Below, in pieces: positions 50,941 to 64,000 of a stretch of DNA of 64,000 nt (the stretch's first letter is position 1; every line of letters begins with the position of its first letter). Source of the DNA: Lobosporangium transversale (lineage: Eukaryota); assembly GCF_002105155.1 (NCBI RefSeq), contig NW_019029011.1, positions 124,001 through 188,000 on the forward strand, given 5' to 3'. Made by a program: the position numbers and the translations under genes. Below the pieces are notes generated by a model, which had not been told where the DNA came from, searched no databases, and worked only from the letters and a program-made list of their open reading frames with translations.

Positions 50941-53900
50941 ATGGAAGGGAGTATAATAGCCAAGGCATTAAACGAGGGCCAGGGCGCTAACCGCTACAAG
51001 GTAGAGAGCTCAATGGAAAAAAATTAAAAAAATCAGTAATGCCTATGGTGGCTAACTAAATATTCACTTGAAATGCGACTTTAGTATCAAAGCTTTAGCG
51101 CCCGAGTAAATCATCTCAAGATCAGGATTACTCGTCAAGTAGGCTTGAAAGAGAATGGGTCTGTCGCCACTGGGTCATTCTTCAACGATGCGCTTGAGGA
51201 GTGGAAAGAGCTTAATCTTTCCGCACCATTCGTACGTTTCGGGCTGGAAGTCAGGAATTACTGTCAGACATTGCCTCAGTTACTATATCACAAGGACCAA
51301 ATAGTCGATCTCTTGATCAGGAATCTGAATGAGAGGAATGTTTTGACATTGGAGCCCATTTTAGATCTCATTACACAGTTATCAAGGGATCTGGATGAAG
51401 AGCTCTTCCCTTATTTTGATCGGATATTGGGGGCAATTTTGCCGTTGGTCGAGTACAAAGATGTTAAAGTGATTGAGGTCAGTGCAATTCTTCGACGAAA
51501 TGCTCCTTATTGAAGCCTTTGACCGTAGAAAGCGGGCGAAAATATATTCAATAGCTTGCTTACATTCTGTTCATTATATATTTGGTACTTTAGTGGGCGT
51601 TCAACTGTATAGCATCTCTTTTCAAAAAATACTCCAGACAGCTCCGGACAGACCTACGGGCAACATTTAAGTAGGTAGAAGAGTCTTTAACAGGACGATC
51701 TGATTAAGAAATGAAATTTGGCTGAGTCAACAAGGCTGGTTCATGCTCATATCGAAATTTTCTTCTCTCATTATTAATAGACTTCTTGCTCCATATCTTG
51801 GGGAGGACAATGCACAAAAACCATATATTCGCAACTTTGCCGCAGAATCGTTTTCATACTTGATCCGAAAAGCACCTGTAAACCATCTTAATGTAATTTT
51901 GACCTACATTTTCTCCCAGTTGCACGAGTCCCCTACCGAAAACTTTGTTGAGGGGGTTGCCAAACTTCTTTTTGAGACTATCAAGCTTGTTGGCAATCAA
52001 TTTCAACATCGCGGAGTGGATGTGGTCCTCAGAGAGGCCATCCATATATTAAAGCGGGAACCAGGTGTAATACTCACTGAAAAGAGCATGAGTGAGAATT
52101 CGACTTTTAGAGCGCTATGCAAAACACTTGTCCTTATGGTCCATTACTCAACTAAAGAGCACTTTAAGAGCGTCTGTGAAATGCTCCTCGCCGAGCTTAC
52201 CGCAAGTATTGATATGAATGTTAGCATTGAGGATACAGAAAGGAGGTGGCTCAACATTGCAGAGTGTTTAGCTCTTCTTAATTCATGTGTTTCAGTCAGA
52301 AAAGGGAGTCGCATTGATGGTATATATAGATTGACATAGAATCATAACTTAATCATCAGCTATTCTCTTCTTAACATGCTTCATTATGTCCTAACTCTTC
52401 CCTTTATGCTCATGGAACTAGACTTTGTCAAGATTTACGAGAAGACCATCAAGGTATCGTCCCTGACCCTGGCAGCTGATTCGGGAGCACCATCACTAGT
52501 CGTACAGGAGCTGATGAAGCTTTCAAGCGCCCTGCTAGCGTTTTCACCCTTGGAGAGTATTCTCTTTCCCGGTGGGCTTCTGTTGGATTCAATTTATAAA
52601 CACAAGGTTAGGAAGTGCTCTATGTTATCATAGTATTGGAAAACTTTCCTGATTTCGTAACTGACTTATATATACTACAACATTAATACTAGGATGTCTC
52701 GACAGTTTTGGCGTTTTCTATTTCACTGATCAATCTTAAGTGGACCCATTACACTCAATTTCTGCTACCACATGTCGTCAGATATTGTGCTACACATTGG
52801 GAGCCCCAGTATTCATGTCAGATCATACTCTTCTTGGCGACATTGTTGACATCGGAGGTGTTAGTTCTTAATCCAGGAATGATTGCAGCTACTGTTGATG
52901 AGGCTGGACTGCTTAAATTCCCCATGAACCGCGCATTATCTGCCAATACCGATAATAAGAAGTTCAATGCCACCAAAGCTTCTAAGGGTGAGCCAGAGCG
53001 TATTACAGACGGAATCCTTCGAATATTGTCAGAGCAATGGGATTGGAAATCGGAAGCTGAGCTATTGAGTCATGTAACCTTGGATAAGGATGAAAGCTTA
53101 GGTAATATGAACACTGTAGTTCCCCGCATAGCCCTCGTCGCTGCCGCCTTGACGGTAGTGCCTCATGTTTCTATACCCTTCAATACAACCACCAACGCGA
53201 TCCTGGGGTTATTACATTCACTATTGGAGTGCCTTTCCAAAGAAAATCAGACTATTGTATTACAGAAACGCGCGTTTGTACAAGGATCGGTCATGGCAAC
53301 TCTCCACATCCTCCTTGGAGAGACGGTTGAAATCTTGACAGTCATCTGTGAGCGTGCAGGCGAGGCTGGCGGTAAGCTATTGGCAGGACTTTGGGACGTG
53401 ATGATCAAGGATGTCCTATACAATTATGGCTCGAATGAGATTGTTCTCAGAGGGATAGCGAAGTATTGCACAATTCTTAAAGAGAGGTAAAGCTATGAAC
53501 AACTTTCTAGATACTTAACACGATTGGTTTCATATGACATGTGCATATTGATGAGTGCCTCTGCTGATTGATTCTTTCCTATGAATAGTAATTTTTTTAA
53601 CGATCTTTTCTCGGTTGGGATTCTACAGGAGCTTTACCCAAAGTTGGAAAAAAACATCAATTCGCTACAGCACCGGCGTCGACTTCATACACTTCAGATC
53701 CTATCAACTTTTGAGATTGTTTTGTTTGGTGAAGGAAGTGATAAGATACTTCAGAACCACATATTTTCACAGTGTTTGGCGATTGAGGAAATAGAAGTCT
53801 CTGTTGAGAACTATAGAGACAAGACCATGCAGATCCGTAGGCTCAATACTATGGTTTCTTCTGGGAAACTCGATGAATTTTACAAAACTGTACCCATGCG

Positions 53901-56900
53901 CCTCTGTCTTGGTAAGTACTTTTTTGTCTGTAGAATCTAACAAAGTTGAAGCCGCATCTTTCATCATGCTAATGCAATTAATAATTTATTTATTTGTTTT
54001 TATATTGCAGGTATTTTGACCATCAATTTCCAACCCCTTTGGGCAGATGCTACTGTCCTTCTCATCAAGACAGCAGAGCTTTATCCAGAGACTTTCTGGT
54101 TTTTGCTCTTTGGGGAGATTAAGCGCTTTGAGGATGAAGCTCTTTTAGTTGAGAGCGGCCTTTCAGCTCAGGTTATTGCCGATTATCGCAACATTCAGGA
54201 TTCAAAAGGCTTGAGCAAGAAGAAGGACTCTAGCTTTGACTGTTTTAATTTGAGAAAAGTTCAACGTGCGAACGAATATGCATTCGAGATTACAGATTCT
54301 ACAAAGTTAAATATGAGTCTAGTCATGCACTTCATAAAAATCTATGCCCCTGGCATCGATAGACTCGATTACTGGAATTACTATGGACTTATCTTGAAGG
54401 TTTTTGCCGAGGTTCCTCAGATTGCAGAGATGCATAACCGCCACTTAGTCCAGGTTTTTTTCAAGTTCATTCAAGACGAGTACGAGCCAGTTTGGAATCG
54501 CAAGGACGAGCATGATATTAATGAAGAAGAGCAGTCGACGGATGAAGACGCGATTGGCATGATGAAAGTACTTCCTAAAACTCCGAAGAGTACCAAGGAT
54601 CGTCTGCACTTGTTTTTGGCTCTTTTCGCCAAATTTAAGAACCCGAAGCAGACCTATGAGAGCAATAAGCTTTATGAGCTGTATCTTCGCCTCTTGACAA
54701 TTGGTGATGCCCCTCTTCAGACTTTAGCACTTAATTGTCTGTTTACTTTCAAGTCCCCTGCCTTGGTTCCCTATCAGGACAACCTCAAGAATATACTGGA
54801 TGAAGTCAAATTCCGAGATGAGCTTTCGACTTTTATCATTGCAGAGGGTGAGACTTCCAGTATTGGCACTTTGCACCGTGACGAAGTCATGCCCATCATT
54901 ATCCGACTCCTGTATGGATGTATGATTGCCAGGAAAGGCAAGGGTTCTGCCAAAGCGGGTATGTCTGCTCGCAGAAAGGCTGTCTTGACTGCTTTAGGAG
55001 GATGTAACACCAAGGAGATCGGATTTTTCATCTCACTTATGTTAAGCCCATTTGATATTGGGACTGCGGGCATCCAGGGAAAGGAGTTTGTGTTTTCTCA
55101 AGATACTTCTGTAGACCGTAGTCCTGTGGGACATATTCGCAAACAGATTGGTTTCCTCAACATTTTGGAGGATGTGGTCAAGATGCTTGGAGCCATCATA
55201 GCTCCCTTTATTCCGCAATTATTAACAGCGGTCCTCTGCATGGTCCATCAGGCTCAGGAGCGAATGGACATGGATATGGGAGAGCAAGCCATGTTAGGAA
55301 TGGAGGAAGGCGTGATTGAAACCCTTCAAATTAAGCAGCTTCGAGAAGTTCGACAGCTTGGTATTAAGCGAATTACCAAAATTTTTAGTTTACCGATCTC
55401 GACCTTCGACTTCGAACCCTACATTCCCGCCATGTATGACTCTTTCTTGAACAGGCGCGTAGGACAATTGGATACTGAGAGTACACAGGCACCGTCTGCC
55501 ATTATGGAGCTCTTCGCTACCTGGGCGAGCCGCAAAGAATATGTACTGTTTTTGGTCAATCACAACAACCAAGTGGTTGAGAAGATATACAGCTGCTTAT
55601 CGGCCAAGAAGGTCCGAGACTCTGTCATCTCAATGGTGCTTGAGATCATTGAAGACATCTTGAGTCATTGTTACGAAGAGAAGGATCGGACTGAAAAACC
55701 TTTGACAACGAGGGTTCTGATTCCATATACGGATACGCTCCTCAACAATCTTGAGATTATTTTGACCAAGAATAGTGGAGATGCAAAATTCGGCAAGGAT
55801 ATGTTTACGAAGCGTGAGATCTCAATTTTATCCCAAATCGCAGCATATATAAAGGATGGAGCACAGGCTGTCAAATTGATTGACCTTTTATTGCCAAGTC
55901 TCAAGAAGAACCACAGGGTTGTTCCTGAGAAGACTAAGGCAGACATACTGCGTATCATTGTCAACTTTTTACCTACCGTTCCCAATATTTCGGCCGAGAG
56001 CTCATTGTTCATCAAGTATTTCAATCATTTGATGATGCTATTCTCGACTTTGATGGCACGGGACTGCCGCGTCCTGTTGGTCGACATCATGGCTGAGTTT
56101 GCCAAGATCGACCCTTCACTCCAGTCTACTTCATCTTTGGTAGCGGAGCTGAATGCTTTCTCGACAGTGCGCATGGAGACCCCCGATTTCGATAGGAGGA
56201 TGGATGCATTCAACCTGTTGACCAACTCACTTTACAAGGAACTCAATGGCCGTCAGTGGCTTCCTGTACTTCATAATATGTTATTCTTCATCCGTGACCC
56301 CGAGGAGATGTCTATCCGCAGTAACTCTACGTTTGCGCTCACAAGGTTCATTGACCAATGCGCAGACTTACCTGCGGAGGACCCTGAATATAGTGCCTTC
56401 CGTGGTTTACTGACTCATGTGATTTATCCAGGACTCAAAAAAGGTTTCAAGTCACCGATCGAGCTAATTCGATACGAATTTGTGGCAGTCTTGGCTCATG
56501 CTGTGAAAAAATGCCCGGACCAAGTCCAATTCTCAGATATGACCCCGCTGCTGGTAGGCGGCGATGAAGAGGCTTCGTTCTTTACCAATATCTATCACAT
56601 TCAACTTCATCGCCGCATCCGTGCTCTGAGCCGCTTCTCTGAGGAGTGCGCTAAAGGGTCCTTCCGTCCAGCAACTTTAACGCAGATTTTTGCACCCTTG
56701 ATTGCTCATTTCATATTTGAATCCGACAAGAGTAGTGACCATAATTTGGTGAATGAGACTGTCGCAACGCTGGGCATCATTGCTTCACAGCTGCCATGGG
56801 GTCCATATTATTCGCTGCTGAAAAGTTATCTCAAATTAATTCCTCGCAAAGCAGAGATGGAGAAGATTTTAGTACGCACAGTAATCGCTATTTTGGATAA

Positions 56901-59900
56901 TTTCCATTTCAATATCAAGAACATTGAAGTTTTGCCTGAAGATTCTGTTGCGATTGTCCGAAAAAAGGCTCATGCCAGCAAACCAAAGACCGTTCGGAGG
57001 AAGGATAGAGAGGAGGATGATAGTCCAGATGTAGAGGGTTCCAATCTAAGAGACCGCGGGGAAGGCGATATTGAAATAGATGAATCTCCTACACAAGATA
57101 TCATTAACAAAACTGAAAAGACGCAGGAACAGAGAGTCGTTGGTGTGGAAGATGAGGCTATGGAGCAAGCTGAGAAATATAACGAAGACGATGAAGCTAA
57201 TGAGGACGATGAAGCTAGCGATGACGAAGAAGATCAGCAGGATAAAGATGCCATGGATATTGAGCTGTCTCCTGAAGTGGCCGCAGTGGCTCTCGCTACA
57301 AGGATTCATGACACAGTCATTAAAAAGTTACTTCCAGAGCTTCATCGATACCTCACCAACAAGGACGAGGCGAGCGTGATGATTCGCGTCCCAGTCGCAC
57401 TAGCCATCACGAAACTTCTGAAGGCTCTCCCTGACGTTTCCCTCCGTACAAACCTGCCAGGCCTACTGACCTCGGTCTGCCAGATTCTCAAGAGTCGTCA
57501 ACAGGAAGCTCGCGATAGTACTCGAGAGACGTTGATCAAGATAACCATGTTCCTTGGTGCCAGTTATTTCAGCTTTATTCTTAAAGAGATGAGAGGCGCT
57601 TTGCTACGAGGTTATCAGTTGCATGTCTTGGGATTTACACTCCATGCCATGTTAGCACAGTTGGTGCCGACATTGGAGGTGGGTGAGCTCGATTACTGTC
57701 TCAAAGATATTGTTGATGTACTTATCAACGATATCTTTGGTGAGACTGGTAATGAAAAAGATACAGAAGAGATTACTGGTAAAATGAAAGAAGCCAAAAG
57801 CAATCTTAGCTTCCATTCATTTGAACTTATTTCGGGGATTATCAAGTTCAAGAACATGGGCGTGATCATGATTCCGCTCAAGGATCTTCTAACAGAGACT
57901 GAGGCGGTCAAGGTGATGCGAAAGGTGGACGAGGTTATGAGACGGCTAGCCTCAGGTCTGAACAACAATCCGCGGTTTGAGACTAAGGAGGTGTTAATCT
58001 TTTGTCACGGTTTGATATCCCAAAATTTAGCCATCTCGAAGACTAAAGATGAGATCAAAAGAGAGAGGTCGCGTCTAGAAATCAATTTTACAGTTGATAC
58101 AAAGAGACCCAGCCAGGTTACAACGGACTGCTTCCCAGCCAATGCTCATCGGTTCGTTGCATTTGGCCTCAACATATTCAGAGCGTCGCTATCTCGCAAC
58201 AAGTTTGATGTTCGATCAACAGAGGAGCTAGCTCTTCTAGACCCTTTTGTTGAGATTGTTGGAAATGGTGTGTTTGCCAAATACCCAGAGGTGATCCAAC
58301 AGTCACTCAAGATTATGTGCATCCTCTCTAAGCTCAAATTACCGTCACTCGAAAAAAACCTGCCTGTGGTGATTAAACACACTTTCAGCCTCATCAAAAC
58401 TCAAGCTTCCACCAAGTCTGAACTTACTCAATCCTGTTTTAAGATGCTGGCAGTAGCGATTCGCGAATGCAAGAAAGTTACTATAAAAGAGGAGCAACTT
58501 ACCATGCTCTTAAAAATGATTCAGCCCGACCTTGAGGAGCCAGAGCGTCAGACTACTACTTTTTCGTTGATCCGCGCGATTGTCTCGCGTCAATTCGTAG
58601 TTCCAGAAATGTATGATATCATGATGAGCATTTCCGAGATCATGGTCACGTCCCAATCCCAGCAAGCTCGTGAGGAGTGTCGTCGAGCTTTACTTCAGTT
58701 TTTGCTGGATTACCCTCAAGGCCGTGGTCGTCTTCGTAATCAGATGAATTTCTTAGTCAAGAACTTGAGCTATGTCTTCGAGAGCGGCCGTCAATCCGTA
58801 ATGGAGATAATGCATGTTATCATCCAAAAGTTTGCAGACGAAGTTCTAATGGATTATGTAGAGCTCTTCTTCTTGGCTCTAGTCATGCAACTTGTTAATG
58901 ATGATTCCAGTAAGTGTCGGGAGATGGCAGGAGTACTGCTCAAGGAGCTTTTTAAGCGAATGAATCGTCAGAAACTGGATAACAGCTACATTCTTCTTGA
59001 AAAGTGGTTCGATCAGACAGAGCAGCGTAGTCTGCAGCGTGCAGCTTGTCAAGTGTACGGACTTGCGATCGAGGCTTTTGGCCCTATGTTCAAGAAACAA
59101 GTTCCAGGTTTACTTCCTCGATTGAAATTTGCGCTTGAATCTAGTCTGCAGATCATGGAGGAGGCTCAGGAGCTGGCCGCGCAGGTCGACAAGTATGAGG
59201 ATCAAGACCATGATACCATGGATTTAGATGCAGAATGGGAAGTTGGTTACTATGCTCTGAACACATTTACGAAACTGGTCAAACAGTTCCCAGCAGTCAT
59301 TAACTCAGCTGAAGCGACAACCCTTTGGCCCTTAATTCGAGAACACATGTTGCACCCACATGCTTGGGTCCGTCTCTCAGCCACACGCTTATTTGGCGTT
59401 TTCTTTTCTGGAATCGATCCAGTGACTCGGTCTCCTTTGGATAAATCCACTTCAGATTTGATACTGTCGCTAGAAATGCTCAAGTCAGTAGCACAGAAGC
59501 TGTGCGAGCAGCTAAAGAGCGAATTTTTATCCAAAGACCTGGGAGGACAGATTGTCAAGAATTTGTTCTTTATTGCCAAATGCTTTTATGCCCTCCCGGA
59601 TGAGCTTGAGGCTGATGAGGAGATAGATGAGGATGAGGAAGTTGGGGAAGGAGAAGAGAGCGAAGAGGAAGAAGGGGAGGAGAATAAGGCTGAAATTGAA
59701 GGAGCTATGCTACCTGTTAAGCGTTTGTTGTATTGGCTAGTCAAGCGATTGTCCTTTCTTTCCCGTGGAGCAGCCATCAAGAAGAGTGTCAACCGCTCAA
59801 CAATTCAACAGACGTGTATTTTCCAATGCATGGCCGCTATTACAACCCACATCCATACTAAGGATTTGAAGGCTTATCTGGTTCCTATTATTTCACCGAT

Positions 59901-60322
59901 CTATCGTATTGTGAACGACGAGACTGCCAAGGGTTCTGAAGTTGGTAGGTTTTGGCTGTTTAAGTTGTTGCTTGTTCTTGTTTGTTTCTTTATATTGCTT
60001 ACTGACACTTTCTACTCGCGTTCCTTTGTCGATTACAGAAGAGCTCAAGAAGCTTGGAGCCGAAGTGTTGGATTTGGTGCAAAAGCGTGCAGGCACAACG
60101 GATTATTTTATGGCATATAACAGAATTCGCCAGCATGTGCTGAATGTCCGCCGAGAGCGCAAGCAACAGCGTGCCATCCAAGCTATGAATGACCCGGTGG
60201 CTCGTGCTCGGCGCCGTATCCAGAAGAACGAGATGAAGTCCCGTAAACGACAGCTCAAGACTAAAGAATTTGCTAAAGACAAAGTTCGCCTTACCACCAT
60301 TAAGAAGCGTAGACTTGCTTAG
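50941..60322 (+). CDS. UTP20: UTP20 (DRIM), SSU processome HEAT-repeat protein
   Basis: NRYKYQSFSARV, LEEWKELNLSAPF, TLPQLLYHKDQIV, YIRNFAAESFSYLIRK, YQDNLKNILDEVKFRDEL, FFTNIYHIQLHRRIRAL, LLRGYQLHVLGFTLH, LQFLLDYPQGRGRL, YVFESGRQSVME, HPHAWVRLSATRLFG, basic C-terminus. Confidence 0.96.
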
Positions 60323-60414
60323 AGGAGAATGGATAGTCTTTTAGTTTGCTTTCCACATATAATATCAGCATATTAGAAGAGTAGTACAGAATCGATTTAA
60401 TAAAGGACGGCCCG

Positions 60415-60774
60415 ATCTTGCAGATAATTGACCACCACGTTGGACATATCGATGACAACACTATTGACTGTCATTGGTGATATTGTCGCTATTTGTCGAT
60501 TGCTTCGTTGACTTCTTCATTGGTTACTCCATTAGCCACTTTGATGGCTATTTCATTGGCTACCTCATTGGCCATATCATTGATTATTTCATTGACTGTT
60601 TCACTGGCGAGACAATATATTGGCCACAATAGATGAATCCAGTGTCCTCAAAGATACGGTTTATAAATGGTCAATGATATGGTCAGCGACAAAGTAATCG
60701 ACAATTTCATCAATAAGATAGTCGATGGATTGCTATAGACATGTCTAACATGACTATCAACTATATACGTAAGA
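60415..60774. repeat. Degenerate inverted-repeat (foldback/MITE relic) with 12-bp periodic subrepeats
   Basis: Arm 60423-60500 aligns to the reverse complement of about 60685-60766, with mostly transition mismatches. Period-12 CATTGG/CATTGA units at 60510-60610 are mirrored by CAATGA units at 60666-60730. Confidence 0.6.
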
Positions 60775-60938
60775 TAAGAACTATTCTTATTATATATTTA
60801 ATCGACATTGTGCTCAAGCAGAGAGCAAAAAAAAAAAAAATCCTGGTGACTCTTCCAACGTCAAAAAAAAAAAGACTTTTTACAAAGAGATAGAAGAATA
60901 AAATATGACTTGGTTCATGAATCCTCCGCCAACTTTTT

Positions 60939-63295
60939 TTACTCCTTTTTCTTCTTCTTCTTCATTGGGCCTAAAGCGCCTGTCTCGTCCGCTGCGCCCT
61001 CACGCTTGACTCCGAAACTGCCATCTGATCCCGCAGAACCAGCATTGCTTGTAGTACCCGTGCCACTTGAGCTTCCTGTTGTACCATTGACTCCAGTGGA
61101 ACCTGCTGGGAAGAGACCAACGCCTGACGCACTGCCCCGTCGCATTTTGACCACCTTGAGATCTGATTCCAGCTTATCGACTTGCTTTTTCAGATCAAGT
61201 AATGTGACAACATTAATATTAAGCTGATCCCACTTGGCCATGACTGCTGCTGTTGGCATGGCTGGCTTGATGGGGAGTCCCAACTGGGTCAGGGTTGCTG
61301 TGACACGATGTTGTTTTGTTGATACAATTGGTGTCATTTTTTGAGATCTTAGATATGCTCCTGGCGTCAATTTCTCCTTCTTAACCTGTACTCCTTGTGG
61401 TAAGCTGGACGATGATACATCACCCACAGATGAAGTATTGGAAGGTCGCCTGTTACTCGCAGGCCCCTTGATTTGTGAAGACGATACAGATGCACCAGAA
61501 ATTCCAGTAGATGTAGCATTTGTACCAGCAGAGACAGCTGCTGGTTCCTCTGCCTGCGCCGAGCCCTTGGGTACTTTTTTTCTTTTCTTTGGAGGCGCAG
61601 TCTGTGTCGCACCAGCAGCAGCAGCAGCAGCCACAGCATTGTTGGCATTCTTCCCAACCGAGGGCGAAAGTGGTCCGTTAGCGCCTGCGTTGATGGTAGG
61701 TCCTGAAGACGGAATAGTAATTGAATTGCTAGATATAATTATACCAGTACCAGGGCCTCCACCACTGGCGACCTGACCCGCCAATCCAGCCGACGCCGGT
61801 CCATTAGGTCCATAGATGTCTCTTGTGTTAAGTAGTCGCAGTAAGTTCTCGCGTTCTCTTGTGATCTTTTTCTCGTTCTGATCAATCCTCCTTGCTTCTA
61901 GATAAAGAGCTTCTTCCTCCTATATGCATTTAAAAATATGATAAAATGTCAATCTTTACAACATGGTTAAAGTTGACAAGTTGCTGTAGACCAAAAAAAA
62001 AAGTGTACCTCAATCTGTTCTGGTGTCCTTGTGTTTAAAATCTCAAGGTTCTTCTTACGTTCCATTTCCCTGCTCTTATCGTATGCCATTGAGGAAAGCA
62101 GCTGGGCCTTTTCCACTGCCTGTGATGGATCTGTTGTCCGGATCCTAATCAGAGTGCGGTTAATGGTGTAATAACGGTCCTTCAGATCTTCCATGGATCT
62201 TGTCTTTGGTGCCGTGAAAGGCACAATTTCTTTAGATGGAGATGAAGATCCCGATAGTACAACCGAAGTAGAAGCATCAGCCCTTATTGGAGCAGTCAAT
62301 GATGAATAAGCTCCGTTATCTGTCAATGTCGATGATGCCGCTTCTCCTGCTGCTGCTGTTATCGTGGTTCCTGACGATGACCCATCAACGGTAGAGGCTG
62401 ATACTGAAGGCTCAATCTCCATCGCTGACGAGGCATCTATTTTTCTTATGGTATGATTAAAAGAGGATGTGTCGACTCCGGGCCGTTTATTGCCATTATA
62501 ATAAGTCAGTGCCAGACGATCCTGCTCTTGTGGAGGCCATTCATACCGATCCTGGATTACAACCCAACGTAAATCAAATTTCCGGCAGAGTTCCCACAGG
62601 TAGTTAGTTTCTTCTAGGGTCCAATCAGGATCTTCGAGATGTGCCGCATATTCTTCTGGAGTAAATGTTCTCATGTCAATCTCCTTGTTGAATCTGTAAA
62701 AGCGGTATTCTTCATTCGGGTCAGTTCTAGTCTTTTCCCAATGATGCAGAATCAAGTCATCATCTCGAGAGGGGTTGACAAACGGTCGCCACGTCCTGGG
62801 AATCACAATGGTGGTCATGGTAATAAGAAATGACGTCGAAGAGGCGCCGCTCGATGTCAGTATAGGTTCTGCAACACAACAGGGTACGGTAGATAATTAG
62901 TTAGCTGTTACTTTACTAACCAGTTGACAGCTTTCTTGCTGACGTTTAGTTTTGGTTTATAAGTTGGGTTATTGAAGGCTACTGTTGAGACATTGTTTCC
63001 GATAAGGCCATACAGCTCACGACTAATACCATCTGTTCCCATATTCAATATTGTTGGTGTTGTCGTTGTCGTCGATGTTGTTGTGGAGTAGGAAGAAAGG
63101 AAAGAGCGTATGTTAGTCTTTCATGATGTTATTTCGTACTTTATTAAATTGTTTTTTTTTTTTTTTTTTTTTTTGGATGATTAATAGAAAAGAAAAAAGA
63201 GACATGCCTGGCTTCTTCTCTGTCTTGTGCACACGTTTGGCTAGCTCAGTAGGTTTGAGTTGAAAGATCTCGCGAACATCATTCCCTGTTGCCAT
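60939..63295 (-). CDS. SWC4: Swc4/Eaf2 (DMAP1), SANT-domain subunit of SWR1/NuA4
   Basis: MATGNDVREIF...KKPDGISRELYGLIG (across a GC-AG intron at 63207-63033), WTWRPFVNPSRDDDLILHHW, WTLEETNYLWELCRKFDLRWVVIQDRY, RSMEDLKDRYY, YDKSREMERK, GAYLRSQKM, MPTAAVMAKW. Confidence 0.94.
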
Positions 63296-64000
63296 GACGG
63301 CACAAAAGAAATGGAAGAATGAATTAATGAATAAAGCGAGGAAGAATGAAGAGTAAATGAAGTGTAGGAGTGTGGGGAATAAATAAAGGCTTACGGGGTG
63401 TAACGAGACCCTATTTTTTTTATTCCATTAATTCTCTCCATTACATTGTTTTTGTTTCTGCCAATCCCCACACCTCATTCACTATTGTATCTGTTGCCAC
63501 CATTGCCTTAACATTGTAGCATTGCAGCACAAACGACAAGCATTACAAATTAAACTACAGCAAGCTAACCATTCAAACACTGACTACACAGTACACACAA
63601 CACACGCTGCTGCCATTGTTCACCTTCTCGTTACTCCCTTGTACAACTCTTGGGACTCTTGTCTTTCTCTCGCTTATCGCTATCTCTGTCTCATTGCTAG
63701 CTTCAAAGACTCAACGTCGCTCTCGTGCCATTCTCAGTACTACTACTGCTAGTACCATGGTAAGGATGAAGTCTCATACTCAATCATAAAAAAAAGTATA
63801 TTATTTAACGTGTTGGAGAGAAGAGAAATGTTCATTATGCATTTATATATACACATTCTATTTTCATTCAAAAGTCTACAACATCCATCAAAAGAGTGTG
63901 CTGCGTTTACTATGCTATTTACTTTTCTACCTTTTCTACCTCCCAATGTGCTCATGGACATCATGACTGCTTGCACTGATCATCCTGTCATATCCTATCG

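Noticed and set aside
15985..60322. Apparent clustering of RNA-processing and export genes (RBM42, RAE1, METTL16, CRM1, UTP20)
   Set aside because: They are interspersed with unrelated genes and belong to a large functional class; no evidence of a cluster without synteny data.

Overview
Gene-dense, intron-rich eukaryotic DNA. Short GT-AG introns, long A/T homopolymer runs and the protein sequences point to an early-diverging fungus, probably Mucoromycota/Mortierellaceae-like (inference). I can assemble 16 spliced protein-coding genes by hand: a DH-PH RhoGEF (runs off the window start), Yippee/MOH1, VAC14, an SGNH-fold protein, an RBM42-like RRM protein, RAE1/GLE2, dephospho-CoA kinase, an NmrA-like protein, METTL16, ATG22, CRM1, a uroporphyrinogen decarboxylase, a P3A H+-ATPase, a C2H2 zinc-finger factor, UTP20 and SWC4. 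Features the ORF track does not show: a box C/D snoRNA with a guide to 25S rRNA U2417 (snR66-like); two nested MITEs and a third MITE, all with 9-bp target-site duplications; a decayed Mutator (MULE) transposase; an old foldback element; and three GC-AG introns. The most unusual proteins are (i) a UROD/Hem12 homologue with a signal-peptide-like N-terminal extension and a Tyr164-to-Phe active-site change, (ii) an adjacent H+-ATPase with neutralised M1/M2 acidic residues, and (iii) a membrane-anchored SGNH-fold protein lacking the catalytic serine. Exon boundaries and family calls come from manual reading and motif recall, not from database searches.
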